Source: a bacterium
GTDB lineage: Bacteria > Ratteibacteria > UBA8468 > B48-G9 > JAFGKM01
NCBI GenBank assembly: GCA_035406305.1
Contig: DAONKS010000006.1
Location: 1-30,109 of the forward strand
DNA length: 30,109 bases
Reading direction: 5' to 3'
The notes beneath the pieces were generated by a model. It ran no database searches and was not told the origin of the DNA. It was given only the letters and a program-made list of their open reading frames with translations. Positions 17,878 through 27,316 of the stretch are shown in pieces. The position numbers and the translations under genes are program-made. Position 1 is the first letter of the stretch; each line of letters begins with the position of its first letter.

Positions 17878-18891
17878 ATGGTAAAAGTAGGAATTATAGG
17901 TGCGGGTTTTATGGGAAGTATGCATGCTACTGTTTACAATCAGCTTCCTGATGTTAAAATTGCCGGTATTGCAGACATTAGAGGAGAAAAGGCAAAATCA
18001 CTTGCCACAAAATTCAAATCAATCGCTTATTTTGACCCACAGCAACTTCTTGATAGAGAAGATATTACAGTTATTGACGTATGTCTTCCGACCTTTCTTC
18101 ATAAGGAATTCGTGATTAAAGCAGCGGAGAGAAGTAAAGATGTAATCTGTGAAAAACCAATTGCACTCACCCTTAAAGATGCGAATGAAATGATAGAAGT
18201 CTGTAAAAAACATAAAGTGAGATTTATGGTGGCCCAGGTTATAAGGTTCTGGGCAGAATATAAATTTCTTAAAGAAGTATATGACAGAAAGAAATACGGT
18301 GAACTTATTACTCTTTCCTGCAGGAGAATTTCACCATTACCCACATGGGGATGGCAGGACTGGCTTCTGGATAGTGATAAATCCGGAGGTGCATTGGTGG
18401 ACCTTCATATTCACGATACTGATTTTATATGCTACCTCACCGGGAAAAAACCCGAAAAGATATATTCAAAAGCAATAAATAAAGAAAGGCCTTACTCTCA
18501 CATATATACAACCTTTACCTTCAATGACGACCTTATAATAACAGCCGAAGGTGGCTGGGACTATCCTGCGAATTTTCCTTTTGAAATGAGTTATCTTGCT
18601 AAATTTGAAAAAGCAGTGATTGAATTCAACTCAAGAAACAATCCATCACTTATTGTTTATGAAGCCACAGGGAAGGTAGATAAGCCAACCTTTGAAAAAG
18701 TAAAAGCAGAAGGAGTGGGGGGTAATATTGATGACCTCGGAGGATATTTTTATGAACTCCGATATTTTGTGGACCATGTAATCCACAATAAACCCTTTAA
18801 TGTCGTAACACCAGAAGATGCAAGGGACTCCCTCGCAGTGGTCTTAAAAGAAAAGGAATCTGCAGATAGAGGATGTGAAATTCTTCTTTAA
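17878..18891 (+). CDS. Gfo/Idh/MocA family NAD(P)-dependent oxidoreductase
   Basis: KVGIIGAGFMG, CEKP, QVIRF and SGGALVDLHIHD; AAGGAGG SD. Confidence 0.93.
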   Translation: MVKVGIIGAGFMGSMHATVYNQLPDVKIAGIADIRGEKAKSLATKFKSIAYFDPQQLLDREDITVIDVCLPTFLHKEFVIKAAERSKDVICEKPIALTLKDANEMIEVCKKHKVRFMVAQVIRFWAEYKFLKEVYDRKKYGELITLSCRRISPLPTWGWQDWLLDSDKSGGALVDLHIHDTDFICYLTGKKPEKIYSKAINKERPYSHIYTTFTFNDDLIITAEGGWDYPANFPFEMSYLAKFEKAVIEFNSRNNPSLIVYEATGKVDKPTFEKVKAEGVGGNIDDLGGYFYELRYFVDHVIHNKPFNVVTPEDARDSLAVVLKEKESADRGCEILL

Positions 18892-18943
18892 ACTTATAAT
18901 CACAAAGGATTTCTGGATTAAAAGTTTATAGAATAGTTATTTG

Positions 18944-18952
18944 TGGTATATT
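18944..18952 (+). promoter_or_regulatory. Putative extended -10 (TG-G-TATATT) upstream of the heptamer array and era
   Basis: Sequence ttgTGgTATATTtaac; same TGGTA core as upstream of nfeD and mgtE. Confidence 0.4.
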
Positions 18953-18984
18953 TAACTTTTGACTTATTACTTTTGACTTATTAT
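18950..18984 (+). repeat. Degenerate heptamer tandem array 1 (5 units) abutting the era start codon
   Basis: ATTTAAC TTTTGAC TTATTAC TTTTGAC TTATTAT, then T-ATG at 18986. Confidence 0.8.
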
Positions 18985-18985
18985 T

Positions 18986-19876
18986 ATGAAATCAGGGTAT
19001 GTCTCAATAGTCGGGAAACCAAATGCCGGTAAATCCACCCTCATAAATGCATTGCTTGGCAATAAAGTTTCCATTGTTTCTCCAAGACCTGCCATTACAA
19101 GAATTAGAGTACTTGGCATCTATAACTCTGAAGAAGGGCAGATTGCCATTCTTGATACTCCCGGTTTTGAAAATGTCCGCAATGAACTCGGCAGAATGAT
19201 GCAGAAAACCATAATTAACTCTATTGAAGAAGCGGATATAATACTTCCTGTAATAGAATCCCGTGGATGGCAAACAGAAGACGAAAGAATAATGGAAACC
19301 GTTAAAAAATTCGATAAAAAGAGCATCCTTGTGATTAATAAAATAGACCTTCTTCCACATAAAGAATCTTTACTCCCTCTTATCAAAGAAAGCAATGAGA
19401 GATATGATTTTGCTGATATAGTCCCCATTTCTGCATTGAAAAACAAAAATATTGATACTCTCAGAAAGTGTATATTTTCCCATCTTCCTGAAGGAGATAG
19501 ATTATTTCCTGAAGATATGAAAACCAACATACCACTACAGTATACAATCGCTGAAATAATAAGAGAAAAGGCGGTCAACAAAACGTATCAGGAAGTTCCA
19601 CAGGCCATTGCAGTAGAAGTAGAGGAGATAAAACCAGGGAATAAAAACAAGAATATGATGGTTATAAAGGCAAATATTATTGTTGACAGGGAAAACCTGA
19701 AACACATCGTTATCGGTAAAAACGGTTCTAAACTAAAAGAAATAGGTCAGGCAGCGAGGAAGGAAATTGAAGAAATGTCAGGGAAAAAGGTATATCTGGA
19801 GTTATGGGTTAGGGTTATAGAGCGCTGGAGAGAAAGGCCTGATATTTTCAGGAAATTTGGCTACGGAGATATCTAA
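18986..19876 (+). CDS. era: GTPase Era
   Basis: GKPNAGKST, DTPG, NKID, EIIREK and KH-domain IVIGKNG...IG..AR. Confidence 0.96.
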   Translation: MKSGYVSIVGKPNAGKSTLINALLGNKVSIVSPRPAITRIRVLGIYNSEEGQIAILDTPGFENVRNELGRMMQKTIINSIEEADIILPVIESRGWQTEDERIMETVKKFDKKSILVINKIDLLPHKESLLPLIKESNERYDFADIVPISALKNKNIDTLRKCIFSHLPEGDRLFPEDMKTNIPLQYTIAEIIREKAVNKTYQEVPQAIAVEVEEIKPGNKNKNMMVIKANIIVDRENLKHIVIGKNGSKLKEIGQAARKEIEEMSGKKVYLELWVRVIERWRERPDIFRKFGYGDI

Positions 19877-19907
19877 TTCACAATATAAATTATAATGGAG
19901 GAAAGAT

Positions 19908-21803
19908 ATGAAGATAAGAGCAGTACAGATGGATCTTGCAAGGCAGATGGAAACTCTGGATTATATCAAACACTTCATAGATTTTGCATCCAGTTTTGGC
20001 TATAACACACTGGTTCTTTATCTTGAAGGAAGAGTTAGAACAAAGACCTTTCCGTTTATGCCCGAATATGAAAGTTATACGCCGGAAGAGATGAAAGAAA
20101 TTGTTGAGTACGCCACCAGAAAGAAGATGGATGTTATTCCTGTTGTTTCTAACTTTGCTCATGCTGAACATTTTCTTCGGTTTAACGAACTGGTAAAATT
20201 TGCAGAATTGAGAGAAGGGAAAACAGGTCGTTTCAGCGGTTATCTCTCAACTGTATGTCCATTCAGAGAAGAAACCTATGAATTTTTTGAAAACTATTAC
20301 AGAGAAATTGCGGAGATATTCCCTTCTCCATATTTTCATATAGGCAATGATGAGGTATGGGATATAGGTTTCTGCTCCCTGTGTCGCAACCGTATAAAAA
20401 GGGGAGAGACCGAAGCAGATATTTTTGTGAAACATTTGAAAAGAACATATGATATCGTGACTGGTAAACTCGGTAAAAAGATGATGATGTGGGACGATAT
20501 GTTTGAATACTACCCTGAAGCTCTCAGAAAAATTCCGGTGGATATTATAATGTGTTGCTGGCACTATGATACTTTTATAGATATTCCAAAGACCCATTTT
20601 GGGAATCGCAAAAGATTTGACCCGCTTGCTATTTATGAGAAACTTGGATTTAAGTATCTTATAGCGCCAAGAGAAATACATCCTGAAAATGTGAAAACTC
20701 TTACCGAATATGCTTTGAACTATAAACCCCTTGGTGGCCTGTTAACTATCTGGGAAAAAGGAGACAGTTTTATGCTGGAAGATTATCCCAATATCGCATT
20801 TGCAGGGAAACTATGGGAAAAAAGAATAGTTGATAATGCTGATGTTTTATATAAAGAAGTTTGCAGAAAGATATTTGGATTAAACAACCCGGAGTTTCTT
20901 GACCTTTTATTCAATATCAAATACTATGGGAGATGGGATATCCATAATTTTCTCAGAGGTTCTCTTACCCCCTGTGAACATATCCGTATTAAACTGTTAA
21001 CATTTTTTGAAAAGCAATTAAAAGTTTTTCTGAAAGAGATTTCATATGACACAGGAAAAGATGTATTAAACGATATACTTTTAAGATTAAAAATAGAAGA
21101 ATTACATCTCAATATAAGAAAATTTTTCTCAAATATCTGTAAATACATCTCGGGCAGAAGAGAAATTCAACTAAAAGTTATCCTTTCTGAAGGAAATCAT
21201 ATACTTGAAGAAATAGAAAGAATAAAAGGCATAAGAAGAGCACAGTGGAGAAAATTCCGTCCTGGCATTTTACCCGTAAAAACAGACACCCTGTATACAG
21301 AAATATACGAAGAGATAAAAATTCTTTTGAATGAAATACAATCCGGTGAATTATTAAGAAGGGGGGTCTTATATATCAGATACTTCCTGCCCGACCCATA
21401 TGGTGTTCAAAAGGTTAAAATTTCTATTAAATACAGAGGTGCAAAAAAATGGGAAGAGATATATACGGGTGTTCCAAAACCTGATATAACTGACTATTCT
21501 CAGATACCCTATTATACTTTCACACATTTTATCTCCGGTTTTAAAATTCCCGAAAAGGTTTTATTTCAAACATATGGATATGGAGGGATAGGTATTACTT
21601 TTTTAGAAATAGCAAATAAGAAAGGGCACTTTATACCTGTGAAAACAGGTAAAACTACAGGAAAGGTAAGTAATCCACAGGCAATTCTTGTAGATGATAC
21701 AATATGGACATATCTGGGAGAAATCAATACATCCAGAATTTTTCAAAACCATAAAAAGGCAAATAAGATTCATTCTATAGAAATATCTCTTTCCAGAGCA
21801 TAA
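19908..21803 (+). CDS. GH20-like glycoside hydrolase (beta-N-acetylhexosaminidase family), no signal peptide
   Basis: N-terminal TIM-barrel motifs DLAR, GYNTLVLYLE, YTPEEMKEIVEYA and FHIGNDEV (GH20 DE pair), MWDDM; GGAGG SD. The C-terminal half is unassigned. Confidence 0.75.
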   Translation: MKIRAVQMDLARQMETLDYIKHFIDFASSFGYNTLVLYLEGRVRTKTFPFMPEYESYTPEEMKEIVEYATRKKMDVIPVVSNFAHAEHFLRFNELVKFAELREGKTGRFSGYLSTVCPFREETYEFFENYYREIAEIFPSPYFHIGNDEVWDIGFCSLCRNRIKRGETEADIFVKHLKRTYDIVTGKLGKKMMMWDDMFEYYPEALRKIPVDIIMCCWHYDTFIDIPKTHFGNRKRFDPLAIYEKLGFKYLIAPREIHPENVKTLTEYALNYKPLGGLLTIWEKGDSFMLEDYPNIAFAGKLWEKRIVDNADVLYKEVCRKIFGLNNPEFLDLLFNIKYYGRWDIHNFLRGSLTPCEHIRIKLLTFFEKQLKVFLKEISYDTGKDVLNDILLRLKIEELHLNIRKFFSNICKYISGRREIQLKVILSEGNHILEEIERIKGIRRAQWRKFRPGILPVKTDTLYTEIYEEIKILLNEIQSGELLRRGVLYIRYFLPDPYGVQKVKISIKYRGAKKWEEIYTGVPKPDITDYSQIPYYTFTHFISGFKIPEKVLFQTYGYGGIGITFLEIANKKGHFIPVKTGKTTGKVSNPQAILVDDTIWTYLGEINTSRIFQNHKKANKIHSIEISLSRA

Positions 21804-21856
21804 ATTTTTATATACTTACTTAATACCGCTGAGGATTAGTAGCGAATTTCCAATAG

Positions 21857-21940
21857 TTTTAACTTTTTACTTTTGTCTTATTACTTATTACTTTTTACTT
21901 TTGCCTTTCGCCTTTTGAGTTTTAACTTTTGACTTTTTAC
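21857..21940 (+). repeat. Degenerate heptamer tandem array 2 (12 units) upstream of the mgtE promoter
   Basis: TTTTAAC TTTTTAC TTTTGTC TTATTAC TTATTAC TTTTTAC TTTTGCC TTTCGCC TTTTGAG TTTTAAC TTTTGAC TTTTTAC, in unbroken 7-bp phase. Confidence 0.92.
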
Positions 21941-21947
21941 TTATATT

Positions 21948-21976
21948 TAGACAGATATTTCTAAGAGTGGTAAAAT
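21948..21976 (+). promoter_or_regulatory. sigma70 promoter for mgtE, leaderless-type
   Basis: TAGACA (21948-21953), 17 nt, TAAAAT (21971-21976) with TG at 21968-21969; ATG 21985 is 8 nt downstream; no SD. Confidence 0.6.
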
Positions 21977-21984
21977 TTAGTATT

Positions 21985-23343
21985 ATGTTGCGAGAACTGT
22001 TAACTCCGGAAATAAAAGAACTGATTGGGACGAAAAACTGGCGGGTGCTTAAGGATACACTTGCAGAATGGGAACCCCAGGATATAGCTGATTTGATAGA
22101 CAATGCCAGTGAAGATGAGGGAATTATCATTTTTCGTCTTCTACCACGTGACCTTGCAGCAGAGGTATTCAGCGAACTTGATTCCAGCGAACAGAAGAAA
22201 CTTTTGAAGCAGATGAGTAATGACCACATAAAAGAGATTTTCCTTGAACTGACCCCTGATGACAGAACCGATATATTTGAAGAACTGCCAGCAAACGTAA
22301 CAAAACGGCTTCTTAATCTTCTCCCACCTGAAGAAAGAAGAGAGGCAATGCAACTTCTGGGCTACCCTGAAGACAGCGTTGGAAGGTTAATGACACCCGA
22401 CTATGTAGCCATAAAACAGAACTGGACGGTAGAAAAGGCATTACAGCATATAAGAAAATTTGGAAAAGAAGCAGAAACAATAAACGTTGTTTATGTCATT
22501 GATGATAAAGGGAAATTACTTGATGATATCTTCCTGAGCACATTGATTCTTTCAGAACCAAACGAAACAATAGAAAAAATAATGGATTATCATTATATTT
22601 CAATTGAAGTTACCAAAGACCAGGAAGAAGCAGCAACTTTAATGAGGAAATATGACCTGATTGTTTTGCCCGTTACCGACAAAGATGGAATCTTACTTGG
22701 AATAGTAACTGTTGATGATGTTCTGAATGTTGTTGAGCAGGAGCACACAGAAGATATGACTAAAATGTTTGCTATTACACCTGAAACAGCAGGTGTTGAA
22801 ATGATAACAGACCCTCTAGGAACACCTGTTAAAAATCTTTACAGAAGTAGAATAACATGGCTTATCTTCTTACTATTTATGGATTTATTTACAGGAGGGA
22901 TTATAAATAAATTTAATGAAATGATTGCAAAGTACGTTGTACTTGTAACATTCCTGCCAGTACTTGTAGATACCGCAGGTAATGCAGGTGCTCAATCAGC
23001 AACACTGGTAATAAGGTCAATGGCACTTGGAAAAATAAAAATGGGGGATTGGCTCAAAATGTTCGGGAAGGAAATTTTCATTGCCTTACTACTTGGACTG
23101 ACAATGGGACTTGGAATCTCTTTTATGGGTGTTATTAGAGGTGGTTTTGATATCTGTAAAATTGTTGTGATATCTATGGTTGTAAATGTTATAGCAGGCT
23201 GTTTAATGGGAATGACTCTACCATTTATATTCACAAAATTCAGGCAGGACCCTGCAACAGCAAGTGCCCCTTTAATTACAACACTATCAGATATTATGGG
23301 AACAGGTATTTACCTGACGATAGCAATGCTTATGCTTAAATAG
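21985..23343 (+). CDS. mgtE: Magnesium transporter MgtE
   Basis: N-domain, CBS pair (GRLMTPDYV, GIVTVDDV) and membrane domain (GNAGAQS, DPATASAPLITT..D). Start moved to ATG 21985 (MLRELL); the ORF-track GTG 21967 lies in the promoter. Confidence 0.97.
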   Translation: MLRELLTPEIKELIGTKNWRVLKDTLAEWEPQDIADLIDNASEDEGIIIFRLLPRDLAAEVFSELDSSEQKKLLKQMSNDHIKEIFLELTPDDRTDIFEELPANVTKRLLNLLPPEERREAMQLLGYPEDSVGRLMTPDYVAIKQNWTVEKALQHIRKFGKEAETINVVYVIDDKGKLLDDIFLSTLILSEPNETIEKIMDYHYISIEVTKDQEEAATLMRKYDLIVLPVTDKDGILLGIVTVDDVLNVVEQEHTEDMTKMFAITPETAGVEMITDPLGTPVKNLYRSRITWLIFLLFMDLFTGGIINKFNEMIAKYVVLVTFLPVLVDTAGNAGAQSATLVIRSMALGKIKMGDWLKMFGKEIFIALLLGLTMGLGISFMGVIRGGFDICKIVVISMVVNVIAGCLMGMTLPFIFTKFRQDPATASAPLITTLSDIMGTGIYLTIAMLMLK

Positions 23344-23352
23344 TCATTCTTT

Positions 23353-24672
23353 TTACCCTTTATTAAAATATGGAAGATATGCTCCTATCCTTTTTAACTT
23401 TTTCTGCAGTTTACGTATATTTATACTTCTACTATCTTTTTTATCCTCTACCATTATTGCTGCTGCCATACCTGCTGCCTGTCCTGTAATATAACAACCT
23501 GGCATTACCCTTATGGATGACTGAAGATAGCGGTCTGTACTAACACACCTGCCACATACAAGAACATTTTTGAGCCCGACAGGCGTTAATATCCTGTAAG
23601 GGATACCATAACTTTCTCCTTTGCCAAGGCGATATGAACTATATTCTTTCAAAAATTGTGCATATGACTTCTTATCCGGTTTTGACGAATGTATATCAAC
23701 AGGATAAGAATATCTTCCTATCTCATCATCAAAGACAGCACGGCTTTTGAAGTCCTCAAGGTTAAGTACGTAGTCACCCTTTATCCTTCGGCTTTCTCTT
23801 ATACCCATAAGAGAAGCAGTTGCAACAAGTTCCATTTTTTCAAATCCCTTAAGATATTTTTTATAGTACTTTTCGTATTCAATCATTAACTTCCTACCCC
23901 ATATATATGCTTTTGTTAACGACTCTTCATCCGTGCCATCAACCCCGAATGTATGCCCTATATTACCTCCACCTGTAATCTCACCCACGCGAAACATACC
24001 CGGTAAATGCCTGTCTTTTATTGTAAATACGCCATCCCTGAAAGCATCCTTAAGCCGGCTTGCTTCAGGCATCTTACTTTTTTCTACTTTTTTCCAGTCA
24101 ATACCTGCCCATAAACTGCATAGTGTTCCGGGCATCATCAATCCATCTTTATCACCTTTTTCATAATCTGCTCCTGAAAAGTAAGCAAGGTCTCCATCCC
24201 CTGTCCCATCAATAAAAACCTTAGCCCTTACCGCAAATAGTCCTGATTTTCCATCGCAAATTGCTTCGCTAACAATACCGTTTTTAACAATAACATCTAT
24301 AAGTTTTGTGTGGTATGTAAAATGAACTTTACTGCCCTCTAACATTGTTTCATATACCCTTTTAAGGACTTCTGCCTTTATACATAGACCATCAGGTGGA
24401 AAAGTCCCGCCCGATTTCTGTAAAGTTGTCAATATCTCTTTACCTATTCCCCCTGCAAGAAAATTAATGCCATCTGTAAACCGCATAAAGACAGGGACAA
24501 GTCCTGCAGTCCCCAGACCCCCGATACAGGTATGTGCCTCAGCAAGATAAACTTTCTTTCCCTCTCTGGCAGCAACTATAGCTGCAGCAACACCTGAAGG
24601 ACCTGCTCCTGCAATGAATATATCAACACTGTACTTTACAGGAATCTTTTTAGTATATAAAAGTGCTCTCAT
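23353..24672 (-). CDS. FAD-dependent oxidoreductase (FAD_oxidored / PF12831-like)
   Basis: [35 protein letters not shown] and RVMPGC..TGQAAG. Start moved to ATG 24672 (AGGGGG SD; ATGA overlap with glnS stop). Confidence 0.88.
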   Translation of the reverse strand: MRALLYTKKIPVKYSVDIFIAGAGPSGVAAAIVAAREGKKVYLAEAHTCIGGLGTAGLVPVFMRFTDGINFLAGGIGKEILTTLQKSGGTFPPDGLCIKAEVLKRVYETMLEGSKVHFTYHTKLIDVIVKNGIVSEAICDGKSGLFAVRAKVFIDGTGDGDLAYFSGADYEKGDKDGLMMPGTLCSLWAGIDWKKVEKSKMPEASRLKDAFRDGVFTIKDRHLPGMFRVGEITGGGNIGHTFGVDGTDEESLTKAYIWGRKLMIEYEKYYKKYLKGFEKMELVATASLMGIRESRRIKGDYVLNLEDFKSRAVFDDEIGRYSYPVDIHSSKPDKKSYAQFLKEYSSYRLGKGESYGIPYRILTPVGLKNVLVCGRCVSTDRYLQSSIRVMPGCYITGQAAGMAAAIMVEDKKDSRSINIRKLQKKLKRIGAYLPYFNKG

Positions 24673-26345
24673 TTTATTACCCCCTTTTTTATTTTTTCCC
24701 ACTCATCCTTCAGGGTTACAGTTCTATTAAATACAGGAGCCCTTTCTACTGTATCAGGGTCAACACAAAAATATCCCAGCCGTTCAAACTGGAAAACACT
24801 ACCAACGTTTACATTAGCAAGGGATGGTTCTAATTTACAATTTTTCAATACCTTCAAAGAGTCAGGATTGATGTTATCCTTAAAATCTCCTTTTTCTCCC
24901 GTATACATCGGGTCTTCTTTAATAAAAAGGCGTTCATATAATCGTACTTCTCCTGTTATACAGTGCTCTGCTGATACCCAGTGTAGTGTTGCCTTCACTT
25001 TTCTACCATCTGGAGCATCCCCGCCTTTTGTGGCAGGGTCATATGTACAGTGAATTTCAACAATCTCACCATTTTTATCTTTGATAACATCAACACATTT
25101 TATAAAATATGCATATCTTAATCTCACTTCTCTGCCAGGTGCTAAACGATAGAACTTTGGAACAGGATTTTCCATAAAATCATCTTTTTCAATATATATC
25201 ACTTTTGAAAAGGAAACCTTCCTTGTTCCTGCAGATATGTCTTCTGGATTATTTATTGCATCAAGTTCTTCTGTCTTACCTTCAGGATAATTTACTATCA
25301 CAACCTTCAACGGATTTAAAACCGCCATTCTTCTTTCAGCGGTCTTATTAAGTTCTTCCCGAACAAAGTGTTCAAGAAGTTCTATATCCACAACACTCTC
25401 TGTCTTTGCTACCCCTATACTACTGCAAAACCTCCTTATCGCTGAAGGAGGGTATCCCCTCCTTCTCATACCCGAAAGGGTTGGCATGCGTGGGTCATCC
25501 CATCCACTAACATATCTACCTTCTACAAGTTCAAGGAGTTTTCTTTTACTCATCACTGTATAGGTAAGGTTAAGCCGTGCAAATTCTATCTGTCTGGGAT
25601 GGTGTATACCTAACTGTTCTATAAACCAGTCATACAAAGGCCTGTGGTCCTGAAATTCCAGTGTACATATAGAATGCGTTATTCCTTCTATGGAATCACA
25701 CTGACCGTGTGCCCAGTCGTATGTCGGATATATACACCATTTATTACCTGTTCTGTGATGGTCTGTGTGGATAATTCTATACATTACAGGGTCCCTCATA
25801 TTTAAATTGGGAGATGCCATATCTATCTTTGCCCTTAAAACCATTGCACCCTCAGGATATTTACCTTCCCGCATCTCCTTAAATAGTTTGAGATTTTCTT
25901 CTATTGGACGGTTTCTGTAAGGACTTTCCTTTCCTGGTTCTGTAAGTGTACCCCTGTATTCTCTTATCTGTTCTGCTGTTAATTCGCAAACGTACGCCTT
26001 CCCTTTTTTAATCAAATCAACTGCCATCTCATAGAGTTTCTCAAAATAGTCAGATGCATAATACTCCCTGTCTTCCCAGTCATATCCCAGCCACCTTATA
26101 TCTTCCTTTATAGAAAGGACATATTCCTCTTCTTCTTTTGCAGGATTGGTATCGTCAAATCTCAGATTACATTTTCCACCATACTCTCTGGCAATCTCAA
26201 AATTGAGGCATATCGCTTTTGCATGACCTATATGTAGATAACCATTGGGTTCCGGCGGAAATCGTGTGTGAACTTTTTTATACTTGCCTTCTTTAAGGTC
26301 ATTATTTATAATTTCTCTTATAAAATCTGTTTTCTTATTTTCCAT
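24669..26345 (-). CDS. glnS: Glutamine--tRNA ligase
   Basis: [17 protein letters not shown] (HIGH), LRFDDTNP and MSKRKL; beta-barrel anticodon domain ([22 protein letters not shown]). GGGAG SD. Confidence 0.97.
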   Translation of the reverse strand: MENKKTDFIREIINNDLKEGKYKKVHTRFPPEPNGYLHIGHAKAICLNFEIAREYGGKCNLRFDDTNPAKEEEEYVLSIKEDIRWLGYDWEDREYYASDYFEKLYEMAVDLIKKGKAYVCELTAEQIREYRGTLTEPGKESPYRNRPIEENLKLFKEMREGKYPEGAMVLRAKIDMASPNLNMRDPVMYRIIHTDHHRTGNKWCIYPTYDWAHGQCDSIEGITHSICTLEFQDHRPLYDWFIEQLGIHHPRQIEFARLNLTYTVMSKRKLLELVEGRYVSGWDDPRMPTLSGMRRRGYPPSAIRRFCSSIGVAKTESVVDIELLEHFVREELNKTAERRMAVLNPLKVVIVNYPEGKTEELDAINNPEDISAGTRKVSFSKVIYIEKDDFMENPVPKFYRLAPGREVRLRYAYFIKCVDVIKDKNGEIVEIHCTYDPATKGGDAPDGRKVKATLHWVSAEHCITGEVRLYERLFIKEDPMYTGEKGDFKDNINPDSLKVLKNCKLEPSLANVNVGSVFQFERLGYFCVDPDTVERAPVFNRTVTLKDEWEKIKKGVIK

Positions 26346-26392
26346 CTGGACTCCCTAGTTTAATATAACATTATAAAACATACGACTGAAAA

Positions 26393-27316
26393 ATGGAAAA
26401 AGTCCTTGTAATAAGATATGGCGGGGTAGGGGATGTCATAACAGTCCTTCCTGTGATACAATCCCTTAAAAATAGCGGATATTCAGTTATACTGGCTTCC
26501 AATAACCGTTATAAAGAGTTTTGCTTGAAATATACAGAAGTTGACGGATTTGTTGGTATTGATAATTCTTTTTTACTATCCCTTTTTGCTGGTGAAAGAA
26601 ATGAAGAGATTTTTTATTTTCTTCAGCAGTTCAATCTCATACTATCATATACAGATGAGGAAGAGGTTTTTTCAAGAATGCTCCGGAGTTTGTTTAAGGG
26701 AAAGGTAGTGTTTAAGCCGGTAAATCCAGAAAAAATAAAAAACCATATAGTAAAGTATCTGCTTGAACCGGTATATGAATTTACCTCTAAGGTATCTGAG
26801 ATACCTGTTTTAAAGATAAACTCTGATGTTCCGAAAGAGTTCTTTGCTATCCATCCCGGCAGCGGTTCTTATTACAAAAACTGGGCGAAGGAAAGATTTA
26901 TGGATGTATACAAAGAACTATCTGTTAAAATGAGAGGCATTGTGTTGTTAGGATATGCAGAGATGCAACAGTGTGAATTCTGGTATGAGAATATAGCTTC
27001 TTCTGATATTGTTGTATCTGAAAGATTGGAAGAGGTGGTCCATTATATAGAAAGAACTCATTTTTATATCGGCAATGACTCCGGCATCTCTCATCTTTTT
27101 GCTGCTGGAGGTGTACCATCTATTGTTATCTTCGGGCCAACATCACCATTTATCTGGTCTCCTTCGGGTGAAAATGTTAGAATACTTTACAAAAAAGAGA
27201 AATGCAGCCCCTGTAGTATAGAACAGAGGCGGTTATGTAAAGAGAAAAAATGTCTTAACTCAATTACAGTGAAAGATGTGTTAAAAGAGGTGGAGACCCT
27301 ATGGAGAAAGATATAA
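26393..27316 (+). CDS. Glycosyltransferase family 9 (heptosyltransferase-like)
   Basis: RYGGVGDVI, HPGSG..KNW and IGNDSGISHL..A.G.P...FGPTSP. Confidence 0.9.
   Translation: MEKVLVIRYGGVGDVITVLPVIQSLKNSGYSVILASNNRYKEFCLKYTEVDGFVGIDNSFLLSLFAGERNEEIFYFLQQFNLILSYTDEEEVFSRMLRSLFKGKVVFKPVNPEKIKNHIVKYLLEPVYEFTSKVSEIPVLKINSDVPKEFFAIHPGSGSYYKNWAKERFMDVYKELSVKMRGIVLLGYAEMQQCEFWYENIASSDIVVSERLEEVVHYIERTHFYIGNDSGISHLFAAGGVPSIVIFGPTSPFIWSPSGENVRILYKKEKCSPCSIEQRRLCKEKKCLNSITVKDVLKEVETLWRKI

Noticed and set aside
18895-18950. Imperfect inverted repeat TATAATCACAAA / TTTGTGGTATA
   Set aside because: AT-rich stem with a loop over 30 nt; not terminator-like, and the right arm overlaps the putative promoter.
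19076-19105. Era switch I reads SPRPAITR instead of the usual S.KPQTTR
   Set aside because: The Thr-Arg pair and all other G motifs are retained; probably ordinary divergence.
21826-21845. CGCT/AGCG hairpin upstream of mgtE as a riboswitch or terminator
   Set aside because: Only a 4-bp stem, far too small for an M-box, and no adjacent U-tract.
21888-22229. Minus-strand ORF ending SKKSKVKTQKAKGKSKK
   Set aside because: The basic tail is just the translated heptamer array, and the rest is antisense to mgtE.
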